From contig CAVUWA010000004.1 of the NCBI GenBank assembly GCA_963744995.1, forward strand, positions 128,001 through 192,000: a DNA stretch of 64,000 nucleotides, in the 5' to 3' direction. Positions 51,880 to 61,047 of the stretch are shown here, piece by piece (the first letter of the stretch is position 1; each line of letters begins with the position of its first letter). Under the pieces are notes generated by a model. That model saw only the letters and a list, made by a program, of their open reading frames with translations. It was not told the DNA's origin and searched no databases. The position numbers were made by a program, and so were the translations under genes. The stretch comes from Candidatus Eiseniibacteriota bacterium (lineage in GTDB: Bacteria > Eisenbacteria > RBG-16-71-46).

Positions 51880-52668
51880 ATGTCGCAACTGAACATCTTC
51901 ATTGACGGCAGTTGGTTGTTCAAGCAGTGCGCCCCGGAGAAGACATTGGCCGCCCACACTGAGTGGCCCGACAAGGCTTTTGGGCTTGATTTCGAGAAAC
52001 TCAACACTGCCCTACTTAAGCACTCCGCCAATGCTAGGCCCCACTGCGACACCCTCGGCGAACGTTACCTAGCCACGTCGGTCTTCACCCTGCCTGACAA
52101 TTTCGATGAGTGGCCCGCAGAGTACGAGGACGTCACCGCGGAGGACATTGCCAGGACTCGGAAGAGCGTTCACGCGCGGGAGCGATTCGTAGCCGCAGCA
52201 GCTGATTGCGGATACTCCAGGGATGCTGTCTACAGGCCGAAAATGAAGGGATGGATTCTCAGGCGTCTCCGTGAAAGAACCTACGAAGAGAAGCAAGTGG
52301 ATGCCACCGTGGTGGCTCTTCTTGTGAGGTCCGCAATCACACGACCTGACGACTTCCACGTCGTGATCACCGGCGACGCGGACATCCTGCCAGCGATCAG
52401 GGTGGCCTACCCGGAATACTCCGAGAACGTGTTTATCGCGACGACGCACCCTGACGAGCTCAAGGCCGAACACAGGCAAACGTCGTTCTCATACTCCAAC
52501 CTAGACTTCAAGATCCCGCCGCTATACCTGCAGGATGAAGTCGCCACGGTCATGCGTGGTGAAAACGTGTACACCTGCATGCATTGCCACAAGGCGTTTG
52601 CGCGACTGAAGCCCATCCCTGCGAAGGCTCGACCGTGCTGCAAGCCCTGCGACGCACTGCGCACATAG
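51880..52668 (+). CDS. NYN/PIN (LabA/DUF88) domain protein with C-terminal CxxC-x17-CxxC zinc ribbon
   Basis: IFIDGS, EKQVD, ITGDAD..P; CMHC-x17-CKPC; GGAG RBS. Confidence 0.82.
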   Translation: MSQLNIFIDGSWLFKQCAPEKTLAAHTEWPDKAFGLDFEKLNTALLKHSANARPHCDTLGERYLATSVFTLPDNFDEWPAEYEDVTAEDIARTRKSVHARERFVAAAADCGYSRDAVYRPKMKGWILRRLRERTYEEKQVDATVVALLVRSAITRPDDFHVVITGDADILPAIRVAYPEYSENVFIATTHPDELKAEHRQTSFSYSNLDFKIPPLYLQDEVATVMRGENVYTCMHCHKAFARLKPIPAKARPCCKPCDALRT

Positions 52669-52846
52669 GGCTGCACTCCCGCGCGCCCTTGGGACCCTGG
52701 GTCCGTAGGTGGGTTTGAGCACAGAAGAAGCACAATCGAGCCCGCCCCCGCAGCGCGCTCATGGTCTCTCGAGACAAGCGTCTCTGTCGAGACTGAATTG
52801 GTCGCGGGGACTAAGGGAGGAAGGAATCGTGGCAGCGGTGCGAGGC

Positions 52847-53179
52847 ATGTCGCACGTTTTCATCAGAGTCAACGATGAGGACGACGATTCGGACTCCTTG
52901 CCTGCGAAGAGCACGACGCACTTCCCAGGCCGGCTCGAAATCTTACGTGAATGGGTAGTAACTCTCGATTCAGGAGAGAGGCATCACTTCAGCGATGAAC
53001 TTCACGGAGAAACCCCAGTTCATTGCACGACGTTTTTCGGTTCGCGTGCACACGTCCTGAGGTGCTGGCCCAGCACGAGACGAGTGATTCCTCCTGACAC
53101 TAGCCGGGTCATGGTTACGTTGGAGACCACCGACATCGACTGGGAGCCCGCGCGGGTCCTTCCGCGGTCATCGCATTGA
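52847..53179 (+). CDS. Hypothetical protein
   Basis: 110-aa ORF with GAGG upstream; no recognised motif. Confidence 0.4.
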   Translation: MSHVFIRVNDEDDDSDSLPAKSTTHFPGRLEILREWVVTLDSGERHHFSDELHGETPVHCTTFFGSRAHVLRCWPSTRRVIPPDTSRVMVTLETTDIDWEPARVLPRSSH

Positions 53180-53222
53180 GGGTGACGGCGACCCCGACGT
53201 ATCGCTAGCGTGAGGAGTTCTG

Positions 53223-53689
53223 GGCAAGTTTCCACGGAGGGAGGTTTCCAGTGGCCCAGGGAGTTGGCGCGCCGCGCACCAGCGGCCGGCTGAGCGGCGC
53301 CGAGGCCCGCAGGGCGGTTCGTGACGCGCTCGCGGTCGTAGCTGGTTCTGCGCAAAGAAGGATGCAGGACGCCAGGTGCGGGGGGAGCGGGCACGGCCCA
53401 CAGTTGCAGGATCTGGCACGTCCGAAGCAGCCCAGGAGTCGGAGGCCCGGGACCCCTCGCGGGACCGAGGGTACATCAGAATCGGTGCTGGCAAGGTCTC
53501 TGTCGTTAGTTCTTCGCGTTGAGGTAGCAGTAGATCGCCTTTAGCACGGCGCCTGGTAACGACTTGGTTCTCGGCAGGTTTCCACGGAAGGAGGTTTCCA
53601 GTGACCCAGGGAGTCAGTGCGCCGCGCGCCAGCGGCCGGCTGAGCGGCGCCGAGGCCCGCAGAGCGGTTCGCGATGCCCTCGCGGTCGT
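53223..53689 (+). repeat. Imperfect 117-bp direct repeat (53223-53339 and 53573-53689)
   Basis: Both copies hold GGAGG and about 30 codons of the methylase 5' end; about 11 mismatches. Confidence 0.9.
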
Positions 53690-55049
53690 CCCGGTCGTTC
53701 TAACGAAGATCGAGCTGTGGAAACCCGAGCGGTTGATTCCACTCGAGCGGAACCCGCGCACGCACTCCGACGCGCAGATCGCCGAGATCGCGGCGAGCAT
53801 GCGGGAGTTCGGCTTCCTGTGGCCGATTATGGTGAACGGTAGGACGCGCCGCATCGTGGCCGGCAACGGCCGGTACGCGGCCGCTCTGCAGCTCGGGCTC
53901 TCGGTGGTCCCGGTGGTCGAGGAGCGCCACCTCACGCCGATCCAGCGGCGCGCGTTCATCATTGCCGACAACAAGATCGCGTTGAACGCCGGCTGGGCGA
54001 GCGACATCCTGGCTGAGGAGCTGCCCGCGCTCCGTGACGCCGGCATCGACCTCGGGCTGACGGGGTTCAGCGACGAGGAGCTCGAGGCGATCCTCGAGAG
54101 CGTGAATGGGCCCGCGGTCCTCGAGGAGCCACCGATCCCGGATCCGCCGCTGGTGCCGGTCTCGCGGCGCGGGGATCTGTGGCACCTCGGGAATCATCGG
54201 GTGCTCTGCGGGGACGCGACGAGCTCCTCCGACCTCGAAGCAGTCATGGACGGCACGCAGGCGCACGCGGTCTGGACCGATCCCCCGTACAACGTCGCCT
54301 ACGAGGGCTCTGCCGGTTCGATCCAGAATGACGCGCTGTCCGACCAGGAGTTCGCAACGTTCCTGGGAGCGGCGTTCACGGCGCTGATCGCGGTGATGCG
54401 GCCGGGGGCGCCGATCTACGTGGCGCACTCCGATACGGGCGGCTACACGTTCCGGCGCTGCTTCCTCGAGGCCGGCTTCAAGCTGTCCTCGTGCTTGATC
54501 TGGCGCAAGAACTCGCTGGTGCTCTCGCGCGGTGACTACCACTGGCAGCACGAGCCAATCCTCTACGGCTGGAAGCCGGGTGCGGCGCACGGGTGGTTCG
54601 GGGCGCGGGACAAGACGACGATCGTCGAATTCGATGAGCCGCCGTTCCAGCAGGTCGGCGACCGTGAGTGGCAGATCGCGCTGGGGGAGACCACGCTGAT
54701 CGTGCGGGGCGAAAACCTCACCGTGGAGCCGGCGCACGGCACGGTGTTCTACGAGAACAAGCCGACGGTGAGCGCCGAGCACCCGACGATGAAGCCGGTA
54801 GCGTTGATCGCGCGGATGCTCGCGAACTCGGCACGGCGGGGGAGCGTGGTGCTGGACCCCTTCGGCGGCTCGGGCTCGACCCTGATGGCGTGCGAGGCGC
54901 TCGGGCTCAGGGCCCGCCTGGTCGAGCTGGATCCGCGGTTTGCGGACGTGATCGTGTGGCGCTGGCAGGAGGCTACGGGCGGGATTGCCACGCTCGCCGG
55001 CAAGCAGCCCTTCGCGTCGGTCGCGGCCGAGCGAGGAGTGGGGAACTGA
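53601..55049 (+). CDS. ParB-like domain + N4/N6 DNA methyltransferase (phage-type)
   Basis: NPRTHS..IAASMREFGF, IADNK; TDPPYNV, HPTMKPV, DPFGGSGST. Confidence 0.92.
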   Translation: MTQGVSAPRASGRLSGAEARRAVRDALAVVPVVLTKIELWKPERLIPLERNPRTHSDAQIAEIAASMREFGFLWPIMVNGRTRRIVAGNGRYAAALQLGLSVVPVVEERHLTPIQRRAFIIADNKIALNAGWASDILAEELPALRDAGIDLGLTGFSDEELEAILESVNGPAVLEEPPIPDPPLVPVSRRGDLWHLGNHRVLCGDATSSSDLEAVMDGTQAHAVWTDPPYNVAYEGSAGSIQNDALSDQEFATFLGAAFTALIAVMRPGAPIYVAHSDTGGYTFRRCFLEAGFKLSSCLIWRKNSLVLSRGDYHWQHEPILYGWKPGAAHGWFGARDKTTIVEFDEPPFQQVGDREWQIALGETTLIVRGENLTVEPAHGTVFYENKPTVSAEHPTMKPVALIARMLANSARRGSVVLDPFGGSGSTLMACEALGLRARLVELDPRFADVIVWRWQEATGGIATLAGKQPFASVAAERGVGN

Positions 55050-55450
55050 TGATGGCGGCCGAGAAGCGGGCCCGGAGCGCGCAGCTCAAGGCCGCGCGCG
55101 AGCTCAAGCGGCGGGTCGAGGCCGTCTGCCTCGCGGTGCGCATCGAGCAAGGGCAGGCCCGGTCGAGCCGACCTCGCGCGCCGCGGGCCCAGGCCACCCG
55201 TGAGCGCGTGCTCCGGTGGCGAAGCCAGCGTCCCGAGGGGCCGCGAGCGCACAAGCTCGTTTGCGCCGCGCTGCGTGCGGGCAGACTCTCGAAGCCGGAG
55301 CGGTGCGAAGGATGCGGGCGCGGCGGGCTCCGGCTCCACGCGCATCACCCGGATTACCGGCAGCCCTTGAGGGTCCAGTGGCTCTGCTGCTCCTGCCATC
55401 GCCAAGAGCACCGCCGGCTGGCCGCCGAGACCCGCGGGGCAGGTGCGTAG
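55049..55450 (+). CDS. Phage protein with HNH-like zinc-binding C-terminus
   Basis: CEGC..HAHHPDY..PLRVQWLCCSCH; TGATG overlap with the methylase. Confidence 0.7.
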   Translation: MMAAEKRARSAQLKAARELKRRVEAVCLAVRIEQGQARSSRPRAPRAQATRERVLRWRSQRPEGPRAHKLVCAALRAGRLSKPERCEGCGRGGLRLHAHHPDYRQPLRVQWLCCSCHRQEHRRLAAETRGAGA

Positions 55451-55451
55451 C

Positions 55452-56042
55452 GTGGCGTCACTGAGCCAGCGGGCCTACGCGCGGCACCGGGGCGTCTCGC
55501 ACACGGCGGTGCGTAAGGCGCTCGCCACGGGGCGGATCGTGACCGGCGAGGACGGGAAGATCGACGCCGCGGTCGCGGATGCTCAGTGGGAACGATCGAC
55601 CGACATGTCCAAGCCGCGCAACTCGGTCACCGGCGTGCCCAAGAAGCGGCGCGCCACGGGCGCACCGTCCGATCCTCCTGGGATCCCTGATTCTGGAGCT
55701 GGGGAGGTGCCGAACGGGGCAGCCACGGGCAACACGGCGCGCCTGGCGGCGAGCTACGCGGGCTCCCGGGCGGCGCGGGAAGCCTACATGGCGCGGCTCG
55801 CGAAGCTCGAGTTCGAGCGGCGGTCCGGGAAGCTCGTGGACGCGGACGAGGTGCGTGCCCAGATCTTCGCCCTCGGGCGGCGTGCGCGCGACGGCCTGCT
55901 CGGGGTCCCCGACCGGCTCGCTCCGATCCTCGCGGGGGAAGCCGACGCGGCGGTGATCCACCGGCTGCTGACGGAGGAGCTGGAACGCGGGCTGGCGGAA
56001 CTTTCAACGGCGCCGCCGCTCAAAGCCGGCGCGAGGGGGTAG
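55452..56042 (+). CDS. Terminase small subunit (Nu1-like)
   Basis: SQRAYARHRGVSHTAVRKA HTH, ARLAKLEFE..GKLVD, PDRLAP; usual position before GpA-type terL. Confidence 0.75.
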   Translation: MASLSQRAYARHRGVSHTAVRKALATGRIVTGEDGKIDAAVADAQWERSTDMSKPRNSVTGVPKKRRATGAPSDPPGIPDSGAGEVPNGAATGNTARLAASYAGSRAAREAYMARLAKLEFERRSGKLVDADEVRAQIFALGRRARDGLLGVPDRLAPILAGEADAAVIHRLLTEELERGLAELSTAPPLKAGARG

Positions 56043-56262
56043 ACAGACATGTAAGCCCGCTTGTTCACGACGGCTCTGGTTTGTCGGGCCCAGCGGGAAC
56101 AGACGCGGCGAGGGAGCGGACGCCCGAAGGCAAGCAACAGCCGGTCCTGAGGCCATTAGTAGTAGGTGGCTCAATGATAGACTTACGCTCTTTTCCCGCA
56201 AAAGCTCGACCGCCCCAAGGAGTTACGTCCTTGCTTCCATGCCTTGGCCGCCGAGCATCGAG

Positions 56263-56289
56263 TGATCGAGGATTGAAAGAAATCTATCA
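56263..56289 (+). repeat. 27-bp palindromic site A (degenerate)
   Basis: TGATCGAGGAT-TGAAA-GAAATCTATCA; same length and ends as sites B-E and shares downstream sequence with site B. Confidence 0.6.
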
Positions 56290-56578
56290 TTCGAGGTGGG
56301 GCGGTCAAGCTCGGGTTGTCCACATGGGCCCAACGCGCGGCACCTTTGGATCATGTGCGGGGAAGGGTGAGCCGAGGCCAATCGCCCAGGGCGGAGGTGA
56401 AACGTTGGGCTTTTCCCGCTTTGGTGTAGGCGGGACAGGTGGCCGCGACAGCGTAGGGGCAGGCTGATAGATTCCGCCCGGGCCCGAGCGGGTGGAGGCG
56501 GATCTGAAGGTCGGCGAGGTTCATGATCGCAGGTCGGAAAGTGACCGCGTCGCACCAGGCCCGAATCGGGGGGAAAGC

Positions 56579-57208
56579 ATGAGCCGCTGCAGAATCATCC
56601 GCGCCGTTCAATTTGCGATCGTCATCGTGTCGCTCACCGGCGGCCGCGCTGCACGCGCCGAGGTCGCGCTCGGTGCATCGTTCGGTTACACGCACCTGTC
56701 CTATCCCGACACTCCGCGCTTCAACAACGACGTCGTCGGACTTCCGGGTACGGGGGAGTGGGGACAGCCGGGGATCCGCGTTGGATATCTCGCGCCGAGT
56801 GGTCGCTGGGACCTGAACGCCGATGTCGGTCTCGTGCACGTGCAACGATCCGGCACCAGCACCGACGAGACGACGGTCGAGGTGCTACCGCAGATCCAGG
56901 CGAACGCGCGCGGCCGGGGCGGGTTCAGCCCGTTCGTGAACGGCGGCGTGGGCTTCGTGCACGAGACCGTACTCACCGCGTACGGCAGCTCGATCTCCAC
57001 GACGCGCCCCGTGTTCGGCGCTGGCATCGGCGTGCGAAGGTCGGTGAGCGACGGCCATGGACTCGTCCGGGTTGAACTGCGCTACGACCACCTGCCCGAG
57101 CGCGTAACGGAGCTGACCCCCTCCGACAGCTTCACCTTCCTGGCGACCAACATGTTCTCGGTCAAGTTCGGCTTTGACCTGCTCGTGGCCATTGACAAGG
57201 GCCGTTGA
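56579..57208 (+). CDS. Outer membrane beta-barrel protein
   Basis: Signal peptide (ARA-E), SPFVNGGVG, RVELRYD, SVKFGFDL. Confidence 0.72.
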   Translation: MSRCRIIRAVQFAIVIVSLTGGRAARAEVALGASFGYTHLSYPDTPRFNNDVVGLPGTGEWGQPGIRVGYLAPSGRWDLNADVGLVHVQRSGTSTDETTVEVLPQIQANARGRGGFSPFVNGGVGFVHETVLTAYGSSISTTRPVFGAGIGVRRSVSDGHGLVRVELRYDHLPERVTELTPSDSFTFLATNMFSVKFGFDLLVAIDKGR

Positions 57209-57290
57209 AGGGAATCGAAGAGTCTCGAGTCCGCAACGCGTGGCCTCGGTCGCATGGCAGAACTGAGTCGCCTGTTTGGAAGCACCTCGG

Positions 57291-58301
57291 CTACGGCGCC
57301 GCCGGAGGTGACGGTGCCGTCAGGCGAAGCACTGAGCCCGGTCCTTGCAGCACCTCGTTCAATTGGTTGACGGTGGCGGGCTGGCGCCAACCGGTACCGT
57401 CGTAGAGCAGGATCACTTCTTGGCCGACGGCAAATACGTTGTACTTCGAGGTTCCCCAAATGCCATATAGATGCTTCGTGGTGCCGCTCGCCTGGGGGCT
57501 CCAGCGCACGCCGTCGTAGTGCAGGATGGTGCCTTGGACGCCGACCGCGAACACGTCATTCGGTGAACTGCCCCAAACCCCAAACAGGTTGTTCGTGGTG
57601 CCGCTCGCCTGGGGGCTCCAGCGCACGCCGTCGTAGTGCGTGATGCTACTGCCGCCGACCGCGAACACGTCCTGGCTCGAGCTGCCCCACAGGGCGAGCG
57701 ATAGCGCGCCCGTGTACTGACGGGTCCAGCGAGCACCGTCGTAGTGGAGGATCGAGTCTTGAGCGCCGGCGACGAACACGTCCTGCGCGGAGCTTCCCCA
57801 AATACCATCCAGCCACTCGCCCCGACCCGTCGAAAGGGCGCTCCACGTATTGCCGTCGTAGTGTAGGATCGTTCCTTGGCGCCCCACCGCGTACACATCA
57901 CTTCCTGAGCTTCCCCAGACGGACTGAAGTGCCGCCGGAGCGGAGGCCACCGTCCTCCAGGCGCGACCATCGAAATGAAGGACCTCGCCGGTGCGCCCTC
58001 CGTCGCCGCTGCTCCACACGACATACACGTTGTTTCTCGATGCCGCCCAGACGCCGTTCAGGAACCCTCTCGTGCGACTATGCTCGAACGTCCAGCTTCG
58101 GCCGTCGTAGTGCAAGATCGTTTCGGATCCGACCGCGTAGACGTCGTTTGCGGAGGAGCCACCCACGGCATCGAACCATGGTGTCCAGCTCCTCCGGGAT
58201 GAAGAGTCGCTGCACGCGGCCAACAGCATCAGGGAACCCGCGACCGCAGCCAGGCAGGTCCAACGAGCGAATGATCTCTCAGAGGATCGCACCATCGGCA
58301 T
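57291..58301 (-). CDS. Lipoprotein with about 39-aa beta-propeller-like repeats
   Basis: LAAC lipobox; repeats of LxGVWGSSxxDVFAVGxxGTILHYDGxxW. Confidence 0.8.
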   Translation of the reverse strand: MPMVRSSERSFARWTCLAAVAGSLMLLAACSDSSSRRSWTPWFDAVGGSSANDVYAVGSETILHYDGRSWTFEHSRTRGFLNGVWAASRNNVYVVWSSGDGGRTGEVLHFDGRAWRTVASAPAALQSVWGSSGSDVYAVGRQGTILHYDGNTWSALSTGRGEWLDGIWGSSAQDVFVAGAQDSILHYDGARWTRQYTGALSLALWGSSSQDVFAVGGSSITHYDGVRWSPQASGTTNNLFGVWGSSPNDVFAVGVQGTILHYDGVRWSPQASGTTKHLYGIWGTSKYNVFAVGQEVILLYDGTGWRQPATVNQLNEVLQGPGSVLRLTAPSPPAAP

Positions 58302-58486
58302 GGCAAACCTCGCTACGTCCGAAGCACCGCAGGGGCGCGCGCACTTCCAACTCGATGGGTGAGCTTACACCAGGGCTCTACGGACGGCACGGGCCTTTCA
58401 GGCCCGTCTAGGCTCGACGATCCGAGCGAGCAGGTGTGGGGAACGGGCCATGAAATCACCCACGCGACTCCCGGAAGAGCCGTGGA

Positions 58487-58513
58487 TGATAGGGTCTTGC
58501 ATAGACCCGATCG
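58487..58513 (+). repeat. 27-bp palindromic site B
   Basis: TGATAGGGTCT-TGCAT-AGACCCGATCG. Confidence 0.9.
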
Positions 58514-58632
58514 TTCGAGGGGGCTCGGTCAATCTCGGTTGTCCACAGGCGGCAGAACCGGAGGCCAAGTCACCGAGGTTGCCGCTTGCGGTCGCGACAG
58601 CCCGGCCAGGAGCCCGCTACTAAGGAGGCGGC

Positions 58633-59058
58633 GTGCACGCTAAGTCGCAAGGTAGATGGGGAGCAAAGCTCCTCTTTCAGTGGCGCGTGAACCGAAATGG
58701 CCGCGCACTGAAACGAAGGCTCTGTGAGGAGCGGATCATCGTCTTCAGATCAGGGTCACCGAAGGCCGCATTCCATCACGCGGAGCGAGTTGGCAAACGC
58801 GGTGTGTTCAAGTATCAGCCCGCCCCCGGTGCTGAGGTGTTCTTCGAGTTCGTCGGCGTGCTCGACCTTTTGGATCTCGGCGCCGAATGTGGACCTGAGG
58901 AGGTGTGGTACGAGATCAGAGAGCGGGTGCGCCCAATGGAGCGCCGCAGACAACTGATCCCGTCACGTGCGAGATTGCTGCGCGGGCCCCGAGGAACCCA
59001 CGGAAACCGGCTAGTCGGGTCCCTGATCGGCGGCGGGCGACGCAAGCCCACTGAGTGA
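58633..59058 (+). CDS. DUF4288-like protein
   Basis: TAAGGAGG RBS; WGAKLLF, EERIIVF, FEFVGVLDL, EVWY. Confidence 0.72.
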   Translation: MHAKSQGRWGAKLLFQWRVNRNGRALKRRLCEERIIVFRSGSPKAAFHHAERVGKRGVFKYQPAPGAEVFFEFVGVLDLLDLGAECGPEEVWYEIRERVRPMERRRQLIPSRARLLRGPRGTHGNRLVGSLIGGGRRKPTE

Positions 59059-59082
59059 TAGCCTTTTGCATAGACTCAATCA
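59056..59082 (+). repeat. 27-bp palindromic site C (begins with the stop codon of the preceding gene)
   Basis: TGATAGCCTTT-TGCAT-AGACTCAATCA. Confidence 0.9.
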
Positions 59083-59455
59083 TCCCCGCTGAACCCCTCC
59101 GGCACCGCACATCTTGCTGGGTCTGGAGGGCAAGAGACCGATGAAACGTCGCCAGCGCGGTCTCAGGGACTCCATGCTCTCGCAGGAAGGGCCTCGCCAC
59201 CGCGATTGTGTCGGGCCAGCGCAACCAGGTCGACGAACACCACGAAGCCTTTGCGCTCGACGTCGGGCAGCCGGAACTCCGCGCCGGCGGGATTCTGGCG
59301 CGGGTCGTAACGAAACCCGGCCATGCGCCCGCTCCGAAACCCGAGACCCTATCCGCTCGTGTTCCCGTCGATATCGCCAGCGCGGTCGGTCACGTGCCCC
59401 GCCCGCCAGGTAAACCTGTTCGCGAAAACGATATCCACCAAATAGAATCGCCCGC

Positions 59456-60208
59456 ATGAACCACCGAAGAAGTGCAATGCTCAAGACCGTGCAGGCTGTC
59501 CTTGCATTGTCTCTGATGGTTGCGATGCCGAGAGTGGTCATCGCGGGGCTATCCCGGCCTCGAGTCCCGATAGAGGTCGAGTGGCAGCCGGGCGTCCTGC
59601 CATCCGCGCTGGGGGGCCACGAGTTCGACAGCGGCTTGCTGGCCGGGCTACGAGAAGCGCAACTCACGGTTCAGAGTGCCCACGGCGCGAGCCGTACCAT
59701 CGCCAACGCCTTCTACCTCACATCCGAACGACCTGCCGCGAAGCCACTGCACGTCCGGGTGAGGATCAGATTCGACGGTCGGGCGATCTACGACTACCCC
59801 CCCGGCTCGTCCCCTGATGCGATTCAGGGAGCAGACCACTGGCTCGTGCACGTCGCCGTGCCTTTCCGGGCCCTACGGCTGGCACCGGGCGCATGGCAGC
59901 GGATGAGCTTCTGGGCTCGATCAGACCGTCCGGAGTACCACGAGAACATGGGACGCGTGATCGCCCTCTCTGTACTTGAAGCCCTGAACCGCGAGACAGG
60001 GAGGATCAGGCGCGACGAGCAGCTTCTTCTCGGTCCCGATATCACGCGAGACCCGAAGTACTCCGAAGGAGGTAGTGACCCGCGGCCGGGCCTCCGAAGT
60101 AGCATCGCGCTGGCGACCCCGATGGTGCTGATGTGGGGGACAGCGCTGTTGATCGCTATCGTTGTGGTGCGCTTCGTGCATATGCTCCGGCGGCGCCGTG
60201 GGCAATAA
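59456..60208 (+). CDS. Hypothetical exported protein with C-terminal TM anchor
   Basis: N-terminal hydrophobic signal, C-terminal TM helix and RRRRGQ tail. Confidence 0.6.
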   Translation: MNHRRSAMLKTVQAVLALSLMVAMPRVVIAGLSRPRVPIEVEWQPGVLPSALGGHEFDSGLLAGLREAQLTVQSAHGASRTIANAFYLTSERPAAKPLHVRVRIRFDGRAIYDYPPGSSPDAIQGADHWLVHVAVPFRALRLAPGAWQRMSFWARSDRPEYHENMGRVIALSVLEALNRETGRIRRDEQLLLGPDITRDPKYSEGGSDPRPGLRSSIALATPMVLMWGTALLIAIVVVRFVHMLRRRRGQ

Positions 60209-60328
60209 TCTGGGGAGGCCGATTGCGACCGGAAGCCAGTGCGCCTCCGCCGCGGGATTTGCTCCGGGTCGATACTGCGCACAAGTCTGCCCAGAGCCCC
60301 CACGGTGGCCGGCCGGGGAGGGCCCATG

Positions 60329-60442
60329 TGGACACGTCAGCCGCAGTACTGGAATCTCGCCCTGAACCAGTTCGCGATCATGTTCGAAGGACGACTGCCC
60401 GCGTGACCGGGAGCGCACTTACACAGAAATCTGTACAGGCCC
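60329..60442 (+). mobile_element. IS256-family 3' remnant
   Basis: WTRQPQYWNLALNQFAIMFEGRLPA* resembles the IS256 transposase C-terminus, followed by IR-like TTACACAGAAATCTGTACAGGCCC. Confidence 0.78.
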
Positions 60443-60502
60443 GACGGCCGCGTGGCTTACCCTTCACGAGGGTACTCCAGCTCCCCCACGGAGACATATG
60501 CG

Positions 60503-60940
60503 ATGTCGCGATTCGAATCGTCTCAGGCGGCCGCGCTCTCGCTTGCCGCACTCCTCGTCCTGGCCACGCTCAGTGGGTGCGAGACGCGTCAGCGCGGTTC
60601 CGTCTTTCAGCCGTTCCTCAACAACCACGCTCCCGTGATCGACGGCCTCGCGGCATATCCGGACACGGTCGGGCCCTCCGACTCGACCGTCGTTGTCTGC
60701 ACCGCCCACGACGTCGACGGCGATAGGCTCGTCTACGACTGGCAGACAGACGCCCGCCTCAACATCCAAGGCACTCCCGTCTGGAACAAGTATCTGAACA
60801 ACACCCGATCGAATTCCCATGTCTTCTACAACGCCAATCTGACCAATCCGATCAATGACTCCGCTTGGGTCTACTGCGAAGTTCGCGATTCCCTAGGAGG
60901 TGGAGCCGGCCGCCGTGTCTTCATCACTCTGCGCCCGTAA
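60503..60940 (+). CDS. Lipoprotein with Ig/PKD-like domain
   Basis: LSGC lipobox; NHAPVI...AHDVDGDRLVYDW; GGAG RBS. Confidence 0.72.
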   Translation: MSRFESSQAAALSLAALLVLATLSGCETRQRGSVFQPFLNNHAPVIDGLAAYPDTVGPSDSTVVVCTAHDVDGDRLVYDWQTDARLNIQGTPVWNKYLNNTRSNSHVFYNANLTNPINDSAWVYCEVRDSLGGGAGRRVFITLRP

Positions 60941-61003
60941 GCCGGTACCTGGAACCGTTCACGTGTTCAGCCCTGATCGCCGCCGTGAGACAGGGCCAGT
61001 GAG

Positions 61004-61030
61004 TGATAGCCTCTTGCATAGACTCTATCA
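61004..61030 (+). repeat. 27-bp palindromic site D
   Basis: TGATAGCCTCT-TGCAT-AGACTCTATCA. Confidence 0.9.
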
Positions 61031-61047
61031 GTGGCGTCGAAGCAATC

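Noticed and set aside
53251..53544. 97-aa ORF as a real gene
   Set aside because: Only the duplicated methylase N-terminus followed by sequence with no protein-like signal
53223..53689. DGR template/variable repeat pair
   Set aside because: Mismatches are not restricted to adenines of one copy and no reverse transcriptase is present
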